Part shown: piece after piece, positions 1 to 15,134 of the stretch
Layout: each line of letters begins with the position of its first letter
How positions within the stretch are numbered: position 1 is the first letter of the stretch
NCBI GenBank assembly: GCA_964016885.1
Contig: OZ024752.1
Location: 20,026,001-20,090,000 of the forward strand
Direction of reading: 5' to 3'
From: Eledone cirrhosa
Lineage: Eukaryota
DNA length: 64,000 nucleotides
Translations under genes and position numbers: made by a program
Notes under the pieces: generated by a model
Database searches by the model: none
What the model was told of the DNA's origin: nothing
The model's input: the letters and a program-made list of their open reading frames with translations, nothing else

Positions 1-102
1 CCCAGGAGCTTATCCCAGTTTCACAGCTCAGGGAACAAAAAAAGGGAGGGGGGAATGTGTACACACATATTCTCAAATCATGGGTGGTGGGGGTGGAGCG
101 TA

Positions 103-630
103 TTGGTGGTGGTGGTGATGGTGGTGATGGTGGTGGTAGTGATGGTGGTAATGGTGGTGGTAGTGGTAGTGATGGTGGTAATGGTGGTGGTAGTGGTAGT
201 GATGGTGGTAATGGTGGTGGTAGTGATGATGGTGGTGGTGGTAGTGGTGATGGTAATAGTGGTGATGGTGGTGGTAGTGATGATGATGGTGGTGGTAGTG
301 ATGATGATGATGGTGGTAGTGATGATGGTGGTAGTGGTGATGGTGGTGGTGGTGGTAGTGATGATGGTGGTAGTGGTGGTAGTGGTAGTGGTGATGATGG
401 TGGTAGTGGTGGTAGTGGTGATAGTGGTGGTGGTAGTGGCGATGGTAGTAGTGGTGATGGTGGTGGTGGTGGTAGTGATGATGGTAGAGGTGGTGGTGGT
501 AGTGGTGATGATGGTGGTGGTGGTAGTGGTGATGGTGGTGGTAGTAGTGGTGATGGTAGTAGTGGTGATGGTGGTGGTGGTGGTGGTGGTGGTGGTGGTG
601 ATGGTGGTGGTGGTGGTGGTCGTGATGGTG
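103..630. repeat. Degenerate (GGT/GAT/AGT)n trinucleotide microsatellite
   Basis: Pure low-complexity trinucleotide array; explains the poly-V and poly-G/S/D ORFs. Confidence 0.95.
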
Positions 631-775
631 GGGCAGTAGCAGCTTTAGTGTACTTAGTTTTAAGGTGAATAAAAGTTCATGGGTATAGAGGGTAGAGTAG
701 AAGATAGGTTTAAGGGTCAGTCTTAACTTACAGTTGTTCCTTCTCTCTCATCTTAATCTACAGAGCTGCAGCTTA

Positions 776-809
<34 letters not shown>

Positions 810-1227
810 AACCCTTCCTTTCTTTACACCAGTTTCTGAGGCCCTTCTGAAAAGTTCAAGGTTGTATCCCTTCTTTCTGTGACTCAGCCATAAAATATCT
901 TACAGCTTTCATGGAAGGATTCTACAAGTGGTTGCTCAACCTGCTAAATATAGCAGCTAACATCACTCAAATAAGGAATCAAGGGCAAAACGTCACCAGA
1001 CAAAAAAATATGACAGGAGAAAAAGTCCTTTCTCTGACTAGGCCATTAAATATCTTACAGCTTGATCCACCTGTTAGACATAGTAACCAAATAATCCTCA
1101 TATAACAAATCCAGAAAAAAAAGTCATTTTATTTTACCTGTATATTACTATATTTCTAATGAAATACACTGTATTTAGATTAATTAACGAAGAATTTGAA
1201 GGGGTGTTCTAAATTTTATCTATATTA

Positions 1228-1343
1228 TTAAGATGGTATATGTGTTATTGCAGTGGTGGTCTTATTCATGCCAGTCAATCCAGTACTTTTCTCAGACCTG
1301 CGAGGACTAGGTGCTTTTAAAGGCAGCCTCTTGTCGTAGCTAC
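1228..1343 (-). CDS. Possible terminal exon of an unidentified host gene (xSYDKRLPLKAPSPRRSEKSTGLTGMNKTTTAITHIPS*)
   Basis: Minus-strand acceptor tttcattttacag| at 1344, open frame to TAA, non-repetitive sequence; no recognisable homology. Confidence 0.25.
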
Positions 1344-2149
1344 CTGTAAAATGAAAAAGGATAGCGTTGGTTGTTGTTGTTTGGGCCCAAGTCAGCTCTG
1401 ATGAAGCAAACCTATGATCAAAAAGTATTTCAGACATGACTACTCTAACTCATTATGTTTTCCAGATACAGTTATACAGCAATTCAACTACCCTTCAGAA
1501 GCAAGGCTTAGCCTAGCTAACAAGCTTCTTCAGTCTTCTCTATGATCAGTATCAAAATAACCATAGTCCTTTTGTTATGGAGCTAAGATTAAGGCCAAGT
1601 CAGTAGATATTATCATTTAATGTCTGTTCTTCCTTCTAGCAAAGGTTGAATGGGTCATCACAGACAAATTCAGTCCACAATTGGTGTCAGTGACCTCTCT
1701 GAATGGCTGAAAGCCACATCCCACACACATTTCCACACTGTACAAAATTGTTGGCCTTGTGCTTAAATCAGAAACCATTATTAGGAGCAATAATCTGCTA
1801 GCAAGAGCTGGATAGGTCTACATAGACCAAGTCAGTAAGTACTGAAGCAGGACTACTGACCTCCCAGGCAGACTGAGGGGTCTATAACCTGCTTACATAT
1901 GGTCATACATTTAGATTTGATTGTGCTACATATCCATCAATAAATCAGTTTCATCTAGGGACTTCATTTAACAATAGTCTCAACACAGAGTTAAAATCAA
2001 AGTGTGTGAGTGGGGGGAGGGGGGGAATTGCCTCAGCCTACTTAAGAAAAGAAGTTGAATGTCAGATCAGATCAGATCAGACCAAGGAAGGTATGTTTCT
2101 GTTGAGTCTTTCAATTGCTAATCGTATCTGTCAGTCACAACTTCTGGCA

Positions 2150-2360
2150 GGGGGAGGCAGGATTTGAACTCAGAACACAGAAAGCTGGATCACATACCAC
2201 AAAGCCATCAGACTCTTTAACAATTCCACCAATGCTGATACTTTATTGACCCGCAAAAAGGATTGAAGACAAATTTGACCTCAGTCGAATTCTAACTCAG
2301 TGTTCAGAAATCCAGAAGAAATGCTGACTTGATGACACTCTAATGACACTGCCAATGTAT
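2150..2360 (-). mobile_element. Degenerate tRNA-derived SINE fragments (same family as 3699-3890)
   Basis: ggatttgaactcag (box B, reverse complement) and a decayed core actttattgacccgcaaaaaggattgaagacaaa. Confidence 0.55.
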
Positions 2361-2386
2361 CAAAATAATCTAAGAACTTCATTCAA

Positions 2387-2906
2387 CCCTTCAGCATTTA
2401 AACCGGCCGTATCTGGCCAGAATTCTCTCACCTCTTTCTGTTCAATCCGGCCATAACTGGCCACTCCTACTGATCTTAAGGTATTTTTCTCAAAATAAAT
2501 AACATCAAAATCTCAGATTCGATATTATGTGAGATAATTGTTTCTACTTTTGGCACAAGGCCAGCAATTATCCCAGTGCATTACTGGTACTTTATTTTAT
2601 CGAGCCCGTAAGGATGAAAGGCAAAGTTAACCTCAGCAGGATTTGAACTCAGACCATAAAGGGCCGTAACTCTTTGCTGCAAAGCATGGCGTCCGACCCT
2701 CTACCGATACTATGTGAGATAATATTGTGAGATAAAGCCTTTACCATGAAAATACAATAGTATATATGTAGTAATGTAAATGTTAAATGGTTAAGGTATT
2801 ATTCTCAAAATAAATATCAAAACCTCGTACATTCAATATTATAAGAAATAAAGCCTTTACTGTGAAAATATAATAGTATATATTGAGTAATGTAAATGTT
2901 AAAGGG
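2387..2906 (+). mobile_element. piggyBac-type (TTAA) MITE, interrupted by a SINE and with a duplicated 3' part
   Basis: Termini CCCTT...AAAGGG|TTAA; body matches copies at 15135-16153, 34801-34974 and 37427-37647. Confidence 0.75.
2539..2710 (-). mobile_element. tRNA-derived SINE with 13-bp TSD
   Basis: Reverse complement of the 3699-3890 family; TSD TATGTGAGATAAT at 2526-2538 and 2711-2723. Confidence 0.9.
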
Positions 2907-2997
2907 TTAACTTAACATCTTGTAATGGTTTGGTAGAAAATATCTAAAAACAAGATTGTCAATTCAAATGCTTAACTATATCTTTACTAATGTACAG

Positions 2998-3145
2998 ATC
3001 ATCATCATCGTCATTTAACATCTGCTGTCCTTGCTAGCAAGGATTGGACAGGTCTTCATAGACCAAGTCAGTACTGAAGCAGGGCTGTTGAGCTCCCAGA
3101 GAGACCAAAGGTCTGCATCCTGCTTACATATGATCATACATTCTA
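2998..3145 (-). mobile_element. Old RTE-related 3' end (related copy ~1790-1912)
   Basis: (ATC)n tail followed by gtcatttaacatc..cttgctagcaagg, resembling the RTE 3' ends elsewhere in the window. Confidence 0.55.
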
Positions 3146-3450
3146 TGGAGTGTAATAGGAGTTGTTGTCATGTTTTTTGACTCAAACTGAATATCAGATG
3201 AAACAGTATTAGAATAAAGGATTTAATTTTTAATGTGATACAGTCATAAGACTGTCTTGTGCGTTCTTTTCAAGAATGTCTTGCTAAATGTGACCTCATG
3301 TGACACAAGACATCAAAAGTTAACTATAGTTTGGTTACATGGGGTTAAAATCATTTATCTTTTCTATGAACAGGAAACCTTTCTAACTGACTCAGCCTTC
3401 CAAAGAAACACACAATTAGATTAAATAGTAATCCATTATCCCCAATTCTC

Positions 3451-3683
3451 AGGCAGTGGATTGGCAGTTTCAATAGAGTATCAGACAACATTCTTTATAG
3501 CATAGAGTTACGGCCATTTACATTCTAAGTTCAAATCCCACTGATGTTAGCTTTGCCTTTCACCCTTGCGAGATTGATAAAATAAAGCACCAGTGATACA
3601 CTGAGGTCGATTTAATCAACTCCCCCCCCCCTCACCTAAAATTGTTGGCCTTGTGCCTAAAGGAGAAACAATTATTATTATTA
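3451..3683 (+). mobile_element. tRNA-derived SINE (MetaSINE-like core), older copy
   Basis: Box A/B-like tggcagtttcaatag...aagttcaaatccc, core ttgcctttcaccc..gataaaataaagcaccag, tail ggccttgtgcc..gaaacaattattatt. Confidence 0.8.
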
Positions 3684-3698
3684 TGTCAGTGGATTGGG

Positions 3699-3890
3699 GG
3701 CGGTGGATTGGCAGTATCGGTAGAGGGTTGGACGCCATGCTTTCCAGCATAGTTACGTCCCTTTACGGTCTGAGTTCAAATCCTGCCGAGGTTAACTTTG
3801 CCTTTCATCCTTAAGGGGTCGATAAAATAAAGTACCAGTAATGTACTAGGTATTTGCTGGCCTTGTGCCCAAAGTAGAAACAATTATTAT
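3699..3890 (+). mobile_element. tRNA-derived SINE (MetaSINE-like core), young copy
   Basis: Box A tggcagtatcgg, box B gagttcaaatcc, core gcctttcatcctt..ggggtcgataaaataaagtaccag; near-identical copies at 34403 and 62021. Confidence 0.9.
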
Positions 3891-3928
3891 GGCAGTATTG
3901 GTAGAGTGTCAGACATGTTCTGAGTTTA

Positions 3929-6900
3929 AAGTGATAATATTACTAATGATAGCTTTAGTATTGTTACATTATAGAAAATGATATTACCAATGATAGCTTT
4001 AGTATTGTTACATTATAGAAAGTGATAATATTACCAATGACAGCTTTAGTATTGTTACATTATAGAAAGTGATACTATTACCAATGATAGCTTTAGTATT
4101 GTTACATTATAGAAAGTGATAATATTACCAATGACAGCTTTAGTATTGTTACATTATAGAAAGTGATACTATTACCAATGACAGCTTTAGTATTGTTACA
4201 TTATAGAAAGTGATAATATTACCAATGACAGCTTTAGTATTGTTACATTATAGAAAGTGATAATATTACCAATGACAGCTTTAGTATTGTTACATTATAG
4301 AAAGTGATAATATTACCAATGATAGCTTTAGTATTGTTACATTATAGAAAGTGATAATATTACCAATGGTAGCTTTAGTATTGTTACATTATAGAAAGTG
4401 ATAATATTACCAATGACAGCTTTAGTATTGTTACATTATAGAAAGTGATACTATTACCAATGACAGCTTTAGTATTGTTACATTATAGAAAGTGATAATA
4501 TTACCAATGATAGCTTTAGTATTGTTACATTATAGAAAGTGATACTATTACCAATGACAGCTTTAGTATTGTTACATTATAGAAAGTGATAATATTACCA
4601 ATGACAGCTTTAGTATTGTTACATTATAGAAAGTGATAATATTACCAATGACAGCTTTAGTATTGTTACATTATAGAAAGTGATAATATTACCAATGATA
4701 GCTTTAGTATTGTTACATTATAGAAAGTGATAATATTACCAATGGTAGCTTTAGTATTGTTACATTATAGAAAGTGATACTATTACCAAAGATAGCTTTA
4801 GTATTGTTACATTATAGAAAGTGATAATATTACCAATGATAGCTTTAGTATTGTTACATTATAGAAAGTGATACTATTACCAATGGTAGCTTTAGTATTG
4901 TTGTTACATTATAGAAAGTGATAATATTACCAATGATAGCTTTAGTATTGTTACATTATAGAAAGTGATACTATTACCAATGGTAGCTTTAGTATTGTTA
5001 CATTATAGAAAGTGATAATATTACCAATGATAGCTTTAGTATTGTTACATTATAGAAAGTGATAATATTACCAATGATAGCTTTAGTATTGTTACATTAT
5101 AGAAAGTGATACTATTACCAATGGTAGCTTTAGTATTGTTACATTATAGAAAGTGATAATATTACCAATGACAGCTTTAGTATTGTTACATTATAGAAAG
5201 TGATAATATTACCAATGGTAGCTTTAGTATTGTTACATTATAGAAAGTGATACTATTACCAATGGTAGCTTTAGTATTGTTACATTATAGAAAGTGATAC
5301 TATTACCAATGGTAGCTTTAGTATTGTTGTTACATTATAGAAAGTGATAATATTACCAATGGTAGCTTTAGTATTGTTACATTATAGAAAGTGATAATAT
5401 TACCAATGATAGCTTTAGTATTGTTGTTACATTATAGAAAGTGATAATATTACCAATGGTAGCTTTAGTATTGTTACATTATAGAAAGTGATAATATTAC
5501 CAATGGTAGCTTTAGTATTGTTACATTATAGAAAGTGATAATATTACCAATGGTAGCTTTAGTATTGTTACATTATAGAAAGTGATAATATTACCAATGA
5601 CAGCTTTAGTATTGTTACATTATAGAAAGTGATACTATTACCAATGATAGCTTTAGTATTGTTACATTATAGAAAGTGATAATATTACCAATGACAGCTT
5701 TAGTATTGTTACATTATAGAAAGTGATACTATTACCAATGACAGCTTTAGTATTGTTACATTATAGAAAGTGATAATATTACCAATGACAGCTTTAGTAT
5801 TGTTACATTATAGAAAGTGATAATATTACCAATGACAGCTTTAGTATTGTTACATTATAGAAAGTGATAATATTACCAATGATAGCTTTAGTATTGTTAC
5901 ATTATAGAAAGTGATAATATTACCAATGGTAGCTTTAGTATTGTTACATTATAGAAAGTGATAATATTACCAATGACAGCTTTAGTATTGTTACATTATA
6001 GAAAGTGATACTATTACCAATGACAGCTTTAGTATTGTTACATTATAGAAAGTGATAATATTACCAATGATAGCTTTAGTATTGTTACATTATAGAAAGT
6101 GATACTATTACCAATGACAGCTTTAGTATTGTTACATTATAGAAAGTGATAATATTACCAATGACAGCTTTAGTATTGTTACATTATAGAAAGTGATAAT
6201 ATTACCAATGACAGCTTTAGTATTGTTACATTATAGAAAGTGATAATATTACCAATGATAGCTTTAGTATTGTTACATTATAGAAAGTGATAATATTACC
6301 AATGGTAGCTTTAGTATTGTTACATTATAGAAAGTGATACTATTACCAAAGATAGCTTTAGTATTGTTACATTATAGAAAGTGATAATATTACCAATGAT
6401 AGCTTTAGTATTGTTACATTATAGAAAGTGATACTATTACCAATGGTAGCTTTAGTATTGTTGTTACATTATAGAAAGTGATAATATTACCAATGATAGC
6501 TTTAGTATTGTTACATTATAGAAAGTGATACTATTACCAATGGTAGCTTTAGTATTGTTACATTATAGAAAGTGATAATATTACCAATGATAGCTTTAGT
6601 ATTGTTACATTATAGAAAGTGATAATATTACCAATGATAGCTTTAGTATTGTTACATTATAGAAAGTGATACTATTACCAATGGTAGCTTTAGTATTGTT
6701 ACATTATAGAAAGTGATAATATTACCAATGACAGCTTTAGTATTGTTACATTATAGAAAGTGATAATATTACCAATGGTAGCTTTAGTATTGTTACATTA
6801 TAGAAAGTGATACTATTACCAATGGTAGCTTTAGTATTGTTACATTATAGAAAGTGATACTATTACCAATGGTAGCTTTAGTATTGTTGTTACATTATAG

Positions 6901-9900
6901 AAAGTGATAATATTACCAATGGTAGCTTTAGTATTGTTACATTATAGAAAGTGATAATATTACCAATGATAGCTTTAGTATTGTTGTTACATTATAGAAA
7001 GTGATAATATTACCAATGGTAGCTTTAGTATTGTTACATTATAGAAAGTGATAATATTACCAATGGTAGCTTTAGTATTGTTACATTATAGAAAGTGATA
7101 ATATTACCAATGGTAGCTTTAGTATTGTTACATTATAGAAAGTGATACTATTACCAATGGTAGCTTTAGTATTGTTACATTATAGAAAGTGATACTATTA
7201 CCAATGGTAGCTTTAGTATTGTTACATTATAGAAAGTGATAATATTACCAATGACAGCTTTAGTATTGTTACATTATAGAAAGTGATAATATTACCAATG
7301 GTAGCTTTAGTATTGTTACATTATAGAAAGTGATAATATTACCAATGATAGCTTTAGTATTGTTGTTACATTATAGAAAGTGATAATATTACCAATGATA
7401 GCTTTAGTATTGTTACATTATAGAAAGTGATAATATTACCAATGATAGCTTTAGTATTGTTACATTATAGAAAGTGATAATATTACCAATGACAGCTTTA
7501 GTATTGTTACATTATAGAAAGTGATAATATTACCAATGATAGCTTTAGTATTGTTACATTATAGAAAGTGATACTATTACAAATGATAGCTTTAGTATTG
7601 TTACATTATAGAAAGTGATAATATTACCAATGGTAGCTTTAGTATTGTTGTTACATTATAGAAAGTGATACTATTACCAATGATAGCTTTAGTATTGTTA
7701 CATTATAGAAAGTGATACTATTACCAATGGTAGCTTTAGTATTGTTGTTACATTATAGAAAGTGATAATATTACTAATGATAGCTTTAGTATTGTTACAT
7801 TATAGAAAGTGATAATATTACCAATGACAGCTTTAGTATTGTTACATTATAGAAAGTGATAATATTACCAATGACAGCTTTAGTATTGTTACATTATAGA
7901 AAGTGATACTATTACAAATGATAGCTTTAGTATTGTTACATTATAGAAAGTGATACTATTACAAATGATAGCTTTAGTATTGTTACATTATAGAAAGTGA
8001 TAATATTACCAATGGTAGCTTTAGTATTGTTACATTATAGAAAGTGATAATATTACCAATGGTAGCTTTAGTATTGTTACATTATAGAAAGTGATAATAT
8101 TACCAATGGTAGCTTTAGTATTGTTACATTATAGAAAGTGATAATATTACCAATGGTAGCTTTAGTATTGTTACATTATAGAAAGTGATAATATTACCAA
8201 TGACAGCTTTAGTATTGTTACATTATAGAAAGTGATAATATTACCAATGATAGCTTTAGTATTGTTACATTATAGAAAGTGATACTATTACCAATGGTAG
8301 CTTTAGTATTGTTACATTATAGAAAGTGATAATATTACCAATGATAGCTTTAGTATTGTTGTTACATTATAGAAAGTGATAATATTACCAATGATAGCTT
8401 TAGTATTGTTGTTACATTATAGAAAGTGATAATATTACCAATGATAGCTTTAGTATTGTTACATTATAGAAAGTGATAATATTACCAATGATAGCTTTAG
8501 TATTGTTACATTATAGAAAGTGATACTATTACCAATGGTAGCTTTAGTATTGTTACATTATAGAAAGTGATAATATTACCAATGATAGCTTTAATATTGT
8601 TGTTACATTATAGAAAGTGATACTATTACCAATGGTAGCTTTAGTATTGTTGTTACATTATAGAAAGTGATAATATTACCAATGATAGCTTTAGTATTGT
8701 TACATTATAGAAAGTGATAATATTACCAATGACAGCTTTAGTATTGTTACATTATAGAAAGTGATAATATTACCAATGATAGCTTTAGTATTGTTACATT
8801 ATAGAAAGTGATACTATTACCAATGGTAGCTTTAGTATTGTTACATTATAGAAAGTGATAATATTACCAATGATAGCTTTAGTATTGTTGTTACATTATA
8901 GAAAGTGATAATATTACTAATGATAGCTTTAGTATTGTTACATTATAGAAAGTGATAATATTACCAATGACAGCTTTAGTATTGTTACATTATAGAAAGT
9001 GATAATATTACCAATGGTAGCTTTAGTATTGTTACATTATAGAAAGTGATAATATTACCAATGATAGCTTTAGTATTGTTACATTATAGAAAGTGATAAT
9101 ATTACCAATGATAGCTTTAGTATTGTTACATTATAGAAAGTGATAATATTACCAATGATAGCTTTAGTATTGTTACATTATAGAAAGTGATAATATTACC
9201 AATGATAGCTTTAGTATTGTTACATTATAGAAAGTGATAATATTACCAATGATAGCTTTAGTATTGTTACATTATAGAAAGTGATAATATTACCAATGAC
9301 AGCTTTAGTATTGTTACATTATAGAAAGTGATACTATTACCAATGATAGCTTTAGTATTGTTACATTATAGAAAGTGATAATATTACCAATGACAGCTTT
9401 AGTATTGTTACATTATAGAAAGTGATAATATTACCAATGACAGCTTTAGTATTGTTACATTATAGAAAGTGATAATATTACCAATGATAGCTTTAGTATT
9501 GTTATATTATAGAAAGTGATAATATTACCAATGGTAGCTTTAGTATTGTTACATTATAGAAAGTGATACTATTACCAATGGTAGCTTTAGTATTGTTACA
9601 TTATAGAAAGTGATACTATTACCAATGGTAGCTTTAGTATTGTTACATTATAGAAAGTGATACTATTACCAATGGTAGCTTTAGTATTGTTACATTATAG
9701 AAAGTGATACTATTACCAATGACAGCTTTAGTATTGTTACATTATAGAAAGTGATACTATTACCAATGGTAGCTTTAGTATCGTTACATTATAGAAAGTG
9801 ATAATATTACCAATGGTAGCTTTAGTATTGTTACATTATAGAAAGTGATAATATTACCAATGGTAGCTTTAGTATTGTTACATTATAGAAAGTGATACTA

Positions 9901-12900
9901 TTACCAATGGTAGCTTTAGTATTGTTACATTATAGAAAGTGATACTATTACCAATGGTAGCTTTAGTATTGTTACATTATAGAAAGTGATAATATTACCA
10001 ATGGTAGCTTTAGTATTGTTACATTATAGAAAGTGATAATATTACTAATGATACCTTTAGTATTGTTACATTATAGAAAGTGATAATATTACCAATGACA
10101 GCTTTAGTATTGTTACATTATAGAAAGTGATAATATTACCAATGGTAGCTTTAGTATTGTTACATTATAGAAAGTGATAATATTACTAATGGTAGCTTTA
10201 GTATTGTTACATTATAGAAAGTGATACTATTACCAATGACAGCTTTAGTATTGTTACATTATAGAAAGTGATAATATTACCAATGACAGCTTTAGTATTG
10301 TTACATTATAGAAAGTGATAATATTACCAATGGTAGCTTTAGTATTGTTACATTATAGAAAGTGATAATATTACCAATGATAGCTTTAGTATTGTTACAT
10401 TATAGAAAGTGATAATATTACCAATGGTAGCTTTAGTATTGTTACATTATAGAAAGTGATAATATTACCAATGACAGCTTTAGTATTGTTACATTATAGA
10501 AAGTGATAATATTACCAATGATAGCTTTAGTATTGTTACATTATAGAAAGTGATAATATTACCAATGGTAGCTTTAGTATTGTTACATTATAGAAAGTGA
10601 TAATATTACCAATGATAGCTTTAGTATTGTTGTTACATTATAGAAAGTGATAATATTACCAATGATAGCTTTAGTATTGTTACATTATAGAAAGTGATAC
10701 TATTACCAATGATAGCTTTAGTATTGTTGTTACATTATAGAAAGTGATAATATTACCAATGATAGCTTTAGTATTGTTACATTATAGAAAGTGATACTAT
10801 TACCAATGGTAGCTTTAGTATTGTTGTTACATTATAGAAAGTGATACTATTACCAATGACAGCTTTAGTATTGTTACATTATAGAAAGTGATACTATTAC
10901 CAATGGTAGCTTTAGTATTGTTGTTACATTATAGAAAGTGATACTATTACCAATGACAGCTTTAGTATTGTTACATTATAGAAAGTGATACTATTACCAA
11001 TGGTAGCTTTAGTATTGTTGTTACATTATAGAAAGTGATACTATTACCAATGGTAGCTTTAGTATTGTTACATTATAGAAAGTGATACTATTACCAATGG
11101 TAGCTTTAGTATTGTTACATTATAGAAAGTGATAATATTACCAATGGTAGCTTTAGTATTGTTACATTATAGAAAGTGATACTATTACCAAAGATAGCTT
11201 TAGTATTGTTACATTATAGAAAGTGATAATATTACCAATGACAGCTTTAGTATTGTTACATTATAGAAAGTGATACTATTACCAATGGTAGCTTTAGTAT
11301 TGTTGTTACATTATAGAAAGTGATAATATTACCAATGATAGCTTTAGTATTGTTACATTATAGAAAGTGATAATATTACCAATGATAGCTTTAGTATTGT
11401 TGTTACATTATAGAAAGTGATAATATTACCAATGATAGCTTTAGTATTGTTACATTATAGAAAGTGATAATATTACCAATGATAGCTTTAGTATTGTTGT
11501 TACATTATAGAAAGTGATAATATTACCAATGATAGCTTTAGTATTGTTACATTATAGAAAGTGATACTATTACCAATGGTAGCTTTAGTATTGTTGTTAC
11601 ATTATAGAAAGTGATAATATTACCAATGATAGCTTTAGTATTGTTACATTATAGAAAGTGATACTATTACCAATGGTAGCTTTAGTATTGTTGTTACATT
11701 ATAGAAAGTGATAATATTACCAATGATAGCTTTAGTATTGTTACATTATAGAAAGTGATAATATTACCAATGATAGCTTTAGTATTGTTGTTACATTATA
11801 GAAAGTGATAATATTACCAATGATAGCTTTAGTATTGTTACATTATAGAAAGTGATAATATTACCAATGATAGCTTTAGTATTGTTGTTACATTATAGAA
11901 AGTGATAATATTACCAATGATAGCTTTAGTATTGTTGTTACATTATAGAAAGTGATAATATTACCAATGGTAGCTTTAGTATTGTTACATTATAGAAAGT
12001 GATACTATTACCAATGGTAGCTTTAGTATTGTTGTTACATTATAGAAAGTGATAATATTACTAATGATAGCTTTAGTATTGTTACATTATAGAAAGTGAT
12101 AATATTACCAATGATAGCTTTAGTATTGTTACATTATAGAAAGTGATACTATTACCAATGGTAGCTTTAGTATTGTTGTTACATTATAGAAAGTGATAAT
12201 ATTACCAATGGTAGCTTTAGTATTGTTACATTATAGAAAGTGATAATATTACCAATGATAGCTTTAGTATTGTTACATTATAGAAAGTGATACTATTACC
12301 AAAGATAGCTTTAGTATTGTTACATTATAGAAAATGATAATATTACCAATGGTAGCTTTAGTATTGTTGTTACATTATAGAAAGTGATAATATTACCAAT
12401 GATAGCTTTAGTATTGTTACATTATAGAAAGTGATAATATTACCAATGATAGCTTTAGTATTGTTACATTATAGAAAGTGATACTATTACCAAAGATAGC
12501 TTTAGTATTGTTGTTACATTATAGAAAGTGATAATATTACCAATGGTAGCTTTAGTATTGTTGTTACATTATAGAAAGTGATAATATTACCAATGGTAGC
12601 TTTAGTATTGTTGTTACATTATAGAAAGTGATAATATTACCAATGATAGCTTTAGTATTGTTACATTATAGAAAGTGATAATATTACCAATGATAGCTTT
12701 AGTATTGTTACATTATAGAAAGTGATAATATTACCAATGATAGCTTTAGTATTGTTACATTATAGAAAATGATAATATTACCAATGGTAGCTTTAGTATT
12801 GTTGTTACATTATAGAAAGTGATAATATTACCAATGATAGCTTTAGTATTGTTACATTATAGAAAGTGATAATATTACCAATGATAGCTTTAGTATTGTT

Positions 12901-14560
12901 ACATTATAGAAAGTGATACTATTACCAAAGATAGCTTTAGTATTGTTGTTACATTATAGAAAGTGATAATATTACCAATGGTAGCTTTAGTATTGTTGTT
13001 ACATTATAGAAAGTGATAATATTACCAATGATAGCTTTAGTATTGTTACATTATAGAAAGTGATAATATTACCAATGATAGCTTTAGTATTGTTACATTA
13101 TAGAAAGTGATACTATTACCAATGATAGCTTTAGTATTGTTACATTATAGAAAGTGATAATATTACCAATGATAGCTTTAGTATTGTTACATTATAGAAA
13201 GTGATAATATTACCAATGACAGCTTTAGTATTGTTACATTATAGAAAGTGATAATATTACCAATGATAGCTTTAGTATTGTTACATTATAGAAAGTGATA
13301 ATATTACCAATGATAGCTTTAGTATTGTTACATTATAGAAAGTGATACTATTACCAATGATAGCTTTAGTATTGTTACATTATAGAAAGTGATAATATTA
13401 CCAATGATAGCTTTAGTATTGTTACATTATAGAAAGTGATAATATTACCAATGATAGCTTTAGTATTGTTACATTATAGAAAGTGATAATATTACCAATG
13501 ATAGCTTTAGTATTGTTACATTATAGAAAGTGATAATATTACCAATGATAGCTTTAGTATTGTTACATTATAGAAAGTGATAATATTACCAATGATAGCT
13601 TTAGTATTGTTACATTATAGAAAGTGATACTATTACCAATGATAGCTTTAGTATTGTTACATTATAGAAAGTGATAATATTACCAATGATAGCTTTAGTA
13701 TTGTTACATTATAGAAAGTGATAATATTACCAATGATAGCTTTAGTATTGTTACATTATAGAAAGTGATAATATTACCAATGATAGCTTTAGTATTGTTA
13801 CATTATAGAAAGTGATAATATTACCAATGGTAGCTTTAGTATTGTTACATTATAGAAAGTGATAATATTACCAATGGTAGCTTTAGTATTGTTACATTAT
13901 AGAAAGTGATAATATTACCAATGATAGCTTTAGTATTGTTACATTATAGAAAGTGATAATATTACCAATGATAGCTTTAGTATTGTTACATTATAGAAAG
14001 TGATAATATTACCAATGGTAGCTTTAGTATTGTTACATTATAGAAAGTGATAATATTACTAATGATAGCTTTAGTATTGTTATTATAGAAAGTGATACTA
14101 TTACCAATGATAGCTTTAGTATTATTACATTATAGAAAGTGATAATATTACCAATGATAGCTTTAGTATTGTTATTATAGAAAGTGATACTATTACCAAT
14201 GATAGCTTTAGTATTGTTACATTATAGAAAGTGATAATATTACTAATGATAGCTTTAGTATTGTTACATTATAGAAAGTGATAATATTACTAATGATAGC
14301 TTTAGTATTGTTACATTATAGAAAGTGATAATATTACCAATGATAGCTTTAGTATTGTTACATTATAGAAAGTGATAATATTACCAATGATAGCTTTAGT
14401 ATCGTTACATTATAGAAAGTGATAATATTACCAATGATAGCTTTAGTATCGTTACATTATAGAAAGTGATAATATTACCAATGATAGCTTTAGTATCGTT
14501 ACATTATAGAAAGTGATAATATTACCAATGATAGCTTTAGTATCGTTACATTATAGAAAA
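3929..14560. repeat. 47-bp satellite array (~220 monomers; 50-bp variant with extra GTT)
   Basis: Unit GAAAGTGATAATATTACCAATGATAGCTTTAGTATTGTTACATTATA repeated continuously for ~10.6 kb. Confidence 0.98.
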
Positions 14561-15134
14561 TGGCTATCAACAGAGGTATCTGTGTCAGTATTGTGATACA
14601 ATCAAGTCTTTTGAATTACTTAACCTTTATTAAAATTACAGTTTAAGCCTCAAGCAATGAACAAATTATTTTTTGTAAAACCTGAAATATGCAAAAGCCA
14701 CTAATCAATATGTACACATATGTGTATGTGTGTGTGGATGTATGTGTGAGAGTGTGTGGATGTGTGTGTGTGTGTGGATGTATGTGTATGTTTGTGTATG
14801 TGTATGTTTGTGTATGAGTATATGTGTGTGTGTGTTGACCTGTTTCAAATAGAGCGGAACTGAAGTGAAATATTTCCAATAAGTAGCACAACTTCTCTAA
14901 GAGGAGGAGGGGTGAGACAAACATTTGTAGCTAGCTCACATTTCAGAAGGTTATCCCAAATAAATGATACACTTATTATATTATTTGTAAATTTATCTAA
15001 TCAGCTCTGTGTTTCTATATATGATATAATGTTATTTTGGATATTCCTTAACTTCGCCACTATATTTTACTTTTACACATTAAACATATTACACTCACTT
15101 TTACTCAATGCAGTTATTCAGTAATTTAACTTAA

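Noticed and set aside
55-668. Poly-Val or Gly/Asp/Ser-rich ORFs
   Set aside because: Translations of a trinucleotide microsatellite.
1398-1440. CTGATGA match; similar matches at ~20625(-) and inside the RT YADD codons
   Set aside because: No stem II or GAAA geometry; chance matches.
3699-3790. tRNA gene
   Set aside because: Box A/B belong to a multicopy SINE head; no complete cloverleaf.
3929-14560. CRISPR-like array
   Set aside because: Contiguous monomers with no unique spacers, no cas genes and a eukaryotic context; it is a satellite.
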